From Anaerolineales bacterium (GTDB lineage: Bacteria; Chloroflexota; Anaerolineae; Anaerolineales; UBA6668), in assembly GCA_020630225.1 (NCBI GenBank), contig JAHDBS010000005.1, forward strand, positions 1-37,896: DNA of 37,896 bases, written 5' to 3'. Shown here piece by piece: positions 24,990-31,998 of the stretch. The translations under genes and the position numbers were made by a program. The notes under the pieces were generated by a model. The model was not told where the DNA came from and did not search any database. It saw only the letters and a program-made list of their open reading frames with translations. How positions within the stretch are numbered: position 1 is the stretch's first letter; each line of letters begins with the position of its first letter.

Positions 24990-26519
24990 TTATTCGGCAC
25001 CTAGTTTCGAAATGCTGTGGTCACCCATTGCAATGGCAATATTCTTTGTTTCCATGTAGAAATCAAAGCTGTAGTCACCACCATCACGGCCAATGCCTGA
25101 TTGCTTTACTCCGCCAAAGGGCGCTGGTAAGTGGCGCACGTTTTGGCTGTTGATCCAGACCATCCCGGCTTCAACTTTATGCGCCATATTGACAGCGCGA
25201 GTGACATCCTTTGTCCAGATGTAAGCTGCAAGTCCATAGTTGACACTGTTGGCAATTTCCAGTGCTTCAGCATCGGTTTCGAATGACATTGCGGTCAAAT
25301 ATGGTCCGAAAATTTCTTCCTGTGCAATTCGCATGGTTGGGTCGGCATCTTTTACAAAGGTAGGGTTGATATAGTTGCCAGTTTCACAACCATCAGGACG
25401 ACCACCACCGCTAGTTTTAGTGGCACCTTCTTCAACAGCTAGGTCTACATAGCGTTGAACTTTGGAAAGATGTCCGGTATCAATTAGTGGCCCAACCTCA
25501 GTTTCCGGATCAAGCGGATTGCCGACTTTTATCTGCGTGACGCGCTCAGCTAGTCGTGTTGTAAATTCTTCATACACAGGCTTCTCGACCAATAAGCGGC
25601 TGGAGGATGTGCAACGTTCGCCATTGAGACTGTACTTCATAAAAATAGCCGCATCTAAAGCCCGATCAAGGTCAGCATCTGCAAAAACGATGACGGGGTT
25701 TTTGCCACCGAGTTCGAAGTGAACCCGTTTGAGTGTTGGCGCGCCTTGCTGCATGATAAGTGACCCTGTCGAAGACTCACCAACGAAGGCAATTGCTTTT
25801 ATATGCACGTGTTCAGTGAGTGCTTTGCCGACTGTTTCCCCATACCCGTTTACTAAATTCAACACACCTGCTGGTAGGCCAGCCTCAAGACCAAGTTCTG
25901 TGAGAATTTGAGCGGTAACAGGTGATAACTCTGCTGGCTTATGCACAACGGTACAGCCAGCCGCTAAAGCCGGAGCAATCTTCCATGTGCTTAGCATGAA
26001 GGGTGTGTTCCAGGGCGTAATGACGCCAATAGGCCCGATTGGTTGCCGGATGGTGTAGTTGAGATGGTCGTTGGTGGGCAGTGAGAGACCGTTTTGTGCT
26101 TCTTCAGCGCGGTCTGCAAAGAAACGGAAGTTTGCGGCACCGCGTAACGCTGCTTTTGCCATAAACCGAATTGGCTGCCCAGTGTCTAGTGATTCAAGAA
26201 GTGAAATTTTCTCGGCGTTTTCTTCGATTAGGTCTGCATAGCGATACAAAATGTTGCGTCGTGTTTTTCCATCTAATGCGGCCCAAGCGGGGAACGCGTT
26301 CCAGGCGGCTTGGCATGCCGCGTCAATGTCTTCCGTCGTACTTTCGGCAACCTCACAAATGATGGTGTTGTCAATGGGAGATAGTGTTCTGAAAGTTTTA
26401 CCTGTCACGCTGTCTTTGCGCACACCATTGATGATGTTCTTGACCCCGCGTGCAGAGACTTCAGCGCGATATTGCGTGACAGCAGTTACGTTTGCTTCAA
26501 ATGTTTTCTTTTCAGCCAT
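24990..26519 (-). CDS. hpaE: NAD(P)-dependent aldehyde dehydrogenase, 5-carboxymethyl-2-hydroxymuconate semialdehyde dehydrogenase-like
   Basis: 509-aa ALDH-superfamily ORF with FELGGKNP (catalytic Glu) and NGERCTSSSR (catalytic Cys). The specific assignment comes from its position at the head of the hpaD-hpaH-hpaI operon. Confidence 0.8.
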   Translation of the reverse strand: MAEKKTFEANVTAVTQYRAEVSARGVKNIINGVRKDSVTGKTFRTLSPIDNTIICEVAESTTEDIDAACQAAWNAFPAWAALDGKTRRNILYRYADLIEENAEKISLLESLDTGQPIRFMAKAALRGAANFRFFADRAEEAQNGLSLPTNDHLNYTIRQPIGPIGVITPWNTPFMLSTWKIAPALAAGCTVVHKPAELSPVTAQILTELGLEAGLPAGVLNLVNGYGETVGKALTEHVHIKAIAFVGESSTGSLIMQQGAPTLKRVHFELGGKNPVIVFADADLDRALDAAIFMKYSLNGERCTSSSRLLVEKPVYEEFTTRLAERVTQIKVGNPLDPETEVGPLIDTGHLSKVQRYVDLAVEEGATKTSGGGRPDGCETGNYINPTFVKDADPTMRIAQEEIFGPYLTAMSFETDAEALEIANSVNYGLAAYIWTKDVTRAVNMAHKVEAGMVWINSQNVRHLPAPFGGVKQSGIGRDGGDYSFDFYMETKNIAIAMGDHSISKLGAE

Positions 26520-26817
26520 TCCCTAAATATTCCTCTCTTTTATCACTTTATATATTGTCGCAAGAGGTGCGCGGCAAAACATGCAGATATCAAGCGTTTT
26601 TTTACATACACGTCAGACGTTGATGACAGTCTAAACAGCAGGGTTATGTAGTCAGAAATTTGAATGATATTAGCAATCTGGGTAATTTATGCCATTGGGT
26701 GTGTTTCTGGTACTCAGTAATTTGCATTTGTGTATCGTTTTGCGTAAGAATATAACCGTAAGCCAACAACATTTACATTTGGTTTGCAAGTGCAACTGGG
26801 AGGCTGCGCAAATTTCA

Positions 26818-27645
26818 ATGGCTATACATATCGTGACAGATAGCACCTGCGATTTACCACAGGCTGCTCTGCAACAATTGGGCATTCATGTAATCCCCAG
26901 CATTGTAAGTGTTAATGGCGACGAGTTTAGAGACACGCTCGACATTAGCCGCGATGCAATTTATGACAAACTGGGCAATTTGCGAAATCAAATTTCGACT
27001 TCGCCTGCTCCAGCAAACTATTCGCAACGCTTATTTGAGCAAATTCCGGCCAAGGATCAAATTCTCTGCATTGTGTTGTCATCTTCAATTAGTAAAACTT
27101 CAGAACACATTGCTCTTGGCGCACAAGCAGCTAATCGGAATGTAACAATTCATGACAGCCAATCCATAACGATGGGGTTGGGCTATCAGGTGTTAGTTGC
27201 TGCTAATGTCATCTCTAAAGGTGGCTCAATTCAAGATGCCATTGTGGCAATGGAAGCGATTTCACAACGAACGTTTTTATATGTGTTGCTAGACACGCTT
27301 GAGTTCTTGCGACGTGGGGGGCGGGTTAGTAATCTGTCTGCTAGCGTTGGTGGACTGCTCCAAATCAAACCGATTTTGAAGCTACAGTGGGGCAAAATTG
27401 ATGTATTGGCACGCCAACGGACTTATAAACGTGCTTACAACAAATTTCTAGATTACAGTCAATTTCATGGCAGGCTAGATCGCCTAACGATTTTCCACGC
27501 TGATGCAGAAGACCGCGCTCTGGATTTGAAATATAGCTTGTCACGCATTGTAGACAGCGACGTCAACATTACAGCCGTTTCGCCATCATTAGGGGTGCAC
27601 ATTGGCCCCAAGGCGGTTGGTGTAGTGGGGATTATGAAAAACTGA
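26818..27645 (+). CDS. DegV-family (fatty-acid-binding) protein
   Basis: The MAIHIVTDSTCDLP N-terminus is diagnostic of DegV. Start is ATG 26818 with GGGAGG upstream. The 43-aa extension in the track is not supported. Confidence 0.85.
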   Translation: MAIHIVTDSTCDLPQAALQQLGIHVIPSIVSVNGDEFRDTLDISRDAIYDKLGNLRNQISTSPAPANYSQRLFEQIPAKDQILCIVLSSSISKTSEHIALGAQAANRNVTIHDSQSITMGLGYQVLVAANVISKGGSIQDAIVAMEAISQRTFLYVLLDTLEFLRRGGRVSNLSASVGGLLQIKPILKLQWGKIDVLARQRTYKRAYNKFLDYSQFHGRLDRLTIFHADAEDRALDLKYSLSRIVDSDVNITAVSPSLGVHIGPKAVGVVGIMKN

Positions 27646-27716
27646 CCGTCAACGACGTAAATTGTTGATCCTCTGACGGTAGGCATTAGCAGTGCTTGCG
27701 CAAGCATTGCCCTTCC

Positions 27717-27774
27717 ATTAGACTCCCGATCATTCGTTAGTGATCATGAATCCTATGTTGATGGGAGTCTAATA
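27717..27774 (+). other. 58-nt hairpin in the DegV-thiolase intergenic region (function unknown)
   Basis: Perfect 11-bp inverted repeat ATTAGACTCCC (27717-27727) / GGGAGTCTAAT (27764-27774) around a 36-nt interior. Confidence 0.4.
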
Positions 27775-27830
27775 AACCAGCTTTAGAAACAATTGAGCCT
27801 CGCTTACATTGTTTTGCTCCAATTTTTACT

Positions 27831-29021
27831 ATGACAAACGCTTATATTGTTGCGGCGAAGCGCACCCCGATTGGGAAATTTGGTGGGGCGCTCAAAGACC
27901 AATCTCCTGTTGCTCTTGGTGCACATGTAATGGATGCGGTCATGCAAGCTGCAAATGCACCAAAAGACGCACTTGACCTCTATATTATGGGCAATGTTTT
28001 GCGAGCGGGACACGGTCAACTGCTACCGCGTCAGGCTGCTGTTGCTGCGGGTATTCCTGAGTCAATTGATGGCTATGCCATTGATATGGTGTGTTCGTCA
28101 GCAATGATGGCGGTTGTCAATGCCGCAACCTTGATCCGTGCTGGCGATGCGGATTTGGTGTTAGCTGGTGGTATGGAGTCCATGTCGCAGGCAGGCTTTT
28201 TCCTCTCTCATCGGGCGCGCTGGGGCTATAAATATCTGGCTGGCCGACCTGAGGAAGTCAAAGATGTGCTGGAATATGATGGCCTACGTGATCCGTTTGA
28301 GCAGACGAGCATGGGCGCTGAAACAGAGCGGCTTACCGCAGATTACAGCATTACCCGTGACGCACTGGATGAGGTGGCATATCAGTCACATCGGCGAGCA
28401 GCAGAAGCAACAGCGAACGGAACATTTGCGAATACAATTGCGCCTGTTACAGTAAAAACACGTCGTGGTGAGATTGAAGTTAGCGTGGACGAAGGGATCC
28501 GTGCAGATACATCTCTGGAAAGCTTAGGCAAGTTGCGCTCAGCATTTGCATCGGATGGTGTCTTGACAGCGGGAAATGCAAGTCAATTGAGCGACGGTGC
28601 CGCCGCGCTTTTGATTGCAAGCGAAGCCGCGGTCAAGAAATACGACCTTACGCCATTAGCGCGTGTTGCCGGATCTGGCATTGCCGCGGTGCCAAGTTGG
28701 CGTTTCGTGGAAGCGCCTGTCCCAGCAGTCAAGAAAATGCTCACCCGTCATAATCTCAAGGTCAATGATATTGACTACTGGGAAAACAACGAGGCGTTTG
28801 CGACTAACAGCGTGCTTTTCCATACGGAGCTAGGCGTTGATCCAAATCGTTTGAATATTTATGGCGGTGGCATTTCGCTTGGGCATCCGATTGGCGCAAG
28901 TGGGACGCGGATTATTGTGACATTGCTAAATGCACTGCAGCAAAATAGCGGGCGCTATGGGATTGCATCGCTTTGTCATGGAACAGGCGGTGGCACTGCG
29001 GTTTTGTTGGAACGCGTGTGA
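27831..29021 (+). CDS. Acetyl-CoA C-acetyltransferase (thiolase II family)
   Basis: The N-terminus is MTNAYIVAAKRTPIGKFGG. The active-site Cys block is DMVCSSAMMAV. The C-terminal blocks are NEAFA, GGGISLGHPIGASG and LCHGTGGG. Confidence 0.9.
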   Translation: MTNAYIVAAKRTPIGKFGGALKDQSPVALGAHVMDAVMQAANAPKDALDLYIMGNVLRAGHGQLLPRQAAVAAGIPESIDGYAIDMVCSSAMMAVVNAATLIRAGDADLVLAGGMESMSQAGFFLSHRARWGYKYLAGRPEEVKDVLEYDGLRDPFEQTSMGAETERLTADYSITRDALDEVAYQSHRRAAEATANGTFANTIAPVTVKTRRGEIEVSVDEGIRADTSLESLGKLRSAFASDGVLTAGNASQLSDGAAALLIASEAAVKKYDLTPLARVAGSGIAAVPSWRFVEAPVPAVKKMLTRHNLKVNDIDYWENNEAFATNSVLFHTELGVDPNRLNIYGGGISLGHPIGASGTRIIVTLLNALQQNSGRYGIASLCHGTGGGTAVLLERV

Positions 29022-29190
29022 TATTTGATCACCTTGCGTTAGAAAGACAAAGAAATTTTATATAAGCAAATAAGTACGTAGCCTCAGTTCTGGATAAGTT
29101 TCAAAATGTCTGGGTTACACATGAAATTACCTTGAAACATGGGTGTTTCAAGTGTGTCATCCAGAATTCAGGTTACTTACCCGCTAAGAC

Positions 29191-29234
29191 CATAAAACAA
29201 AAGGCTTCTCAAGTGAGAATCCTTTTGTTTTATG
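29191..29234. terminator. Nested perfect hairpin between the convergent thiolase and S33 hydrolase genes (putative bidirectional terminator)
   Basis: The outer stem is CATAAAACAAAAGG / CCTTTTGTTTTATG (14 bp). It encloses an inner hairpin TTCTC-AAGT-GAGAA. It lies 24 nt from the stop of the minus-strand gene. Confidence 0.5.
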
Positions 29235-29258
29235 AATCTGATGTTATTTGTAGCAGTA

Positions 29259-31295
29259 CTAAGCAAATATCGGTGCAAACATTTGCAGTGTAAATAACAA
29301 TACGCTAATGCCAGTGAGACAGACCATAAGGAAGATTTGGAAGATCTTGCCCCAAATGGAAGCATCTCGCCAAGCGCGTACTAGCAAGACAAACGATAAC
29401 AATGCCAGCACTAATACGACTGGTGCCACCATAAAGATGTACCTAGATGTTCCAGGTAGTCCGCCATAGTAGAGCAGACCAGTGTTGCTAAATGCGCCAG
29501 CAATTGCGGCAAATAGGAAACCGATCATTGTGAGTGTTACGAGGCCAGTCAGACTGACTAACACGCGGCTAGCAATGCGTGCTGCACGGCGCTCAACAAT
29601 CTTTTCAGAATTACGAATTTGTCTAATGAACCATGCAAGTGGCCATAACACGATCCCAGATAACAGCAAAAAGGCGAGGGTGATTAGGCTCCCAAGTTGT
29701 ACAACAGTTGCGGTTTCTAAGGCGGCAATGCCATTGAGTAATGGCACTGGAATTACATCTGGATCTAGTACTTCTAATTGTTCTTCATTGGCGTAGCAAC
29801 TTGTGTCTGGTGCTTGTGCTGGATTGTTCAAAAAGTCAGACGCAATTTGTTCAGAACACGCGTTACCGCCCCAAATGTTGCCATGGCTGCCCAATGGGTT
29901 GACAACGTTATAGCTGTTGCCCAATGTGGTGGCTGCATCGGCAGCAAAGGCTGCTGGTGTAATGGGATCAAACCGTCCAGAGATCAGCAGTGTTGGGATG
30001 TCACTCTGGACAGGCTCACTGATATTAGTTGGCAATGACTCTACTTGCCAGTCGGCACAATTGGCCTGCATTGCATCTACGTCTTTGGCTGCATCTTCTG
30101 AAATGAAAGGGCGTACGCCATCGGTCAATGCATCGTTACCTGAGAACTCGCCGTACTCTGCACAAATGACGGAGTAGTACATGCCAATACTCATGGTGTC
30201 ATCAAACGCGATTTGCGATGCGAGGAATTCAAACGCTTCAAAATTACCTTCTTCTGCGTCCAATACAAACTTAGGGAAGGCGGCATAAAAGTCTGGTAAA
30301 TAGAACATGCTGAACATCAGCCCACGCAAGCTTTCACCTGTTAGAACGCTTTCAAAACTTTCTCCTGTGTCGTCGTTGGTGAGCGTTAGCGTTGCTGGAG
30401 TTTCGTCAAGCTTGTCGTAAATTGCTAACAAGCGTGGTTCTAAGTCCGCATAGAGCGCGCTACAGTCAGCATCGTCCTGACAAGCTGCAAAGTATTCGTC
30501 ATATGCACCATTTTCAGATTGCGCGACATGGGTAATAAAGTTTGTTTGCGTTGGCACCACGGAATCTAGGATGACTGATCGTAACGCTGGTTGATCTAAA
30601 CGAATGAGATGCAGACCAAGTAGCGTGCCATAGGAGACACCATAGAAGTTATACTGATCATACCCAAGCGCTTGGCGGATTAGATCAATGTCTTGCGCAT
30701 TTTCAAGGCTGTCATAAGCAGATAGGTTGATGTTTTCTTCATTGACTAAGCGATTGCGACATTGGAGTAAGGCTTCGTCAGAGAGACGTTGGATTTCGTC
30801 TTCATCGGTAAGTGTGAAAAGCTGCTCTTGAATGTTACGGAACTCGACGCAGTCTAAGCGTGGCTCTGCGAATTGTGTGCCGCGCTGATTGAACAACACA
30901 ATGTCACGGTCAGCAGCAATGCCAGTGCCAGCCGCTGTAATGGAGAACACAGCGAATGCGTCGCCACCTGGCCCCCCTTGCGCAAGAAATACAGGGTCTG
31001 GCTTGGGTGAACTGCTGGTTGCCTTTCGAATGGCGACAGGCAAGCGGATGGTTGGTCCATCAGGGTTTGCATGTTGTTCAGGGACTGTTACATAGCCACA
31101 CTCAAACCCAAGTGTTTCTGGCGTAATGAACGCATTGTTGAGATCAAAAAAACATTCTGCTGATTCAAAGTCTGATGTTGTTTGCTGTGTTTCAGCAGCA
31201 TTTGTAACAGAGACCAAAGAAAGCAGTCCAACTACGAGAACTGAAATGGATAGCCAAGATTTGGTTTTGTTGATCATAAGTCGCAAGGATTGCAT
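29259..31295 (-). CDS. Alpha/beta hydrolase, S33 tripeptidyl-aminopeptidase (TAP)-like, with a C-terminal four-TM domain
   Basis: The nucleophile elbow is GVSYGT. The TAP-like C-terminal block is PTLLISGRFDPITP. An N-terminal signal/anchor is present. The last ~148 aa (29259-29705) contain four hydrophobic helices. The start is uncertain (ATG 31295 or 31277; the track TTG is 31340). Confidence 0.8.
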   Translation of the reverse strand: MQSLRLMINKTKSWLSISVLVVGLLSLVSVTNAAETQQTTSDFESAECFFDLNNAFITPETLGFECGYVTVPEQHANPDGPTIRLPVAIRKATSSSPKPDPVFLAQGGPGGDAFAVFSITAAGTGIAADRDIVLFNQRGTQFAEPRLDCVEFRNIQEQLFTLTDEDEIQRLSDEALLQCRNRLVNEENINLSAYDSLENAQDIDLIRQALGYDQYNFYGVSYGTLLGLHLIRLDQPALRSVILDSVVPTQTNFITHVAQSENGAYDEYFAACQDDADCSALYADLEPRLLAIYDKLDETPATLTLTNDDTGESFESVLTGESLRGLMFSMFYLPDFYAAFPKFVLDAEEGNFEAFEFLASQIAFDDTMSIGMYYSVICAEYGEFSGNDALTDGVRPFISEDAAKDVDAMQANCADWQVESLPTNISEPVQSDIPTLLISGRFDPITPAAFAADAATTLGNSYNVVNPLGSHGNIWGGNACSEQIASDFLNNPAQAPDTSCYANEEQLEVLDPDVIPVPLLNGIAALETATVVQLGSLITLAFLLLSGIVLWPLAWFIRQIRNSEKIVERRAARIASRVLVSLTGLVTLTMIGFLFAAIAGAFSNTGLLYYGGLPGTSRYIFMVAPVVLVLALLSFVLLVRAWRDASIWGKIFQIFLMVCLTGISVLLFTLQMFAPIFA

Positions 31296-31460
31296 AGAGT
31301 ATTTCCAGTCAGGGTGTTGAAGAGGCGGGAGAATTCCCAAAGCTGCATACTAATTGTATGTCTAGACCATGCTCAACAAGGGTTTGAATCTAGCTAGGAT
31401 CGTGGTCATAGGTCTCAACTGATCTTATCAATTGGAATTGTGCTTGCCAACAATAGCGCT

Positions 31461-31865
31461 TTATCGATTGGCAAACATCGCTTGTATCTGTGGCATCATT
31501 GCTTCGTAAGCACCGCCCATCAAAATATTCAAGATACCAACGCGCTTGTCAGAATCATTTCGAAAACCATGCGGTGTGCCTGCCGGAATAATTGCGATTG
31601 CACCAGTCTCTAGAGTTTGCCAACCGTCACCGTTCATGACGCTAACGGGGCCAGCGAGTACATAAATAAGTTCATCATTGGCCTCATGAATGTGCTGCTC
31701 AACGCCTGGTGCGTTAGCGTCTAGCCACCATTCAGTGATGGCATATTGATTGTCCACTTCAGCACCATCTGCTTTGAATTTGACGGTTGTGTTGTTGTCT
31801 TTGCCTAAGCTGTATACCCGACCTGCATCGGCAGCGAGGGTAAGTGGTTTGCGTAAATTATCCAT
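31461..31865 (-). CDS. Cupin-domain protein
   Basis: 134-aa ORF with cupin motifs: G.EQHIHEANDELIYVLAG (motif 1, His/Glu ligands) and IIPAGTPHGFRN (motif 2). Confidence 0.8.
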   Translation of the reverse strand: MDNLRKPLTLAADAGRVYSLGKDNNTTVKFKADGAEVDNQYAITEWWLDANAPGVEQHIHEANDELIYVLAGPVSVMNGDGWQTLETGAIAIIPAGTPHGFRNDSDKRVGILNILMGGAYEAMMPQIQAMFANR

Positions 31866-31927
31866 ACTGATTTCCTGTGCTATTGAACTGTATTGGGTGA
31901 TTATAGATGGCGTTATATAGACAAAAT

Positions 31928-31964
31928 AAAAGAGGAAATACTATTTAGTAGCATTTCCTCTTTT
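31928..31964 (-). terminator. Rho-independent terminator of the large lipoprotein gene
   Basis: AAAAGAGGAAAT (31928-31939) / ATTTCCTCTTTT (31953-31964) form a perfect 12-bp stem. On the minus strand the stem is followed by a TTTTATTTTGT tract. It lies 35 nt past the stop at 31999. Confidence 0.75.
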
Positions 31965-31998
31965 GCTGCTCTGCAGATATATTGCTGTGCTTTAGGGC

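Noticed and set aside
26689-26817. 43-aa N-terminal extension of the DegV ORF
   Set aside because: DegV proteins begin essentially at the M..I.I.TDS motif. ATG 26818 has GGGAGG upstream. The extension lies in the divergent promoter region.
29095-29107. 13-nt identity TAAGTTTCAAAAT shared with 19203-19215, a possible dispersed repeat
   Set aside because: Roughly 20 chance 13-mer matches are expected between two strands of a 38-kb AT-moderate sequence. The similarity does not extend beyond the 13 nt.
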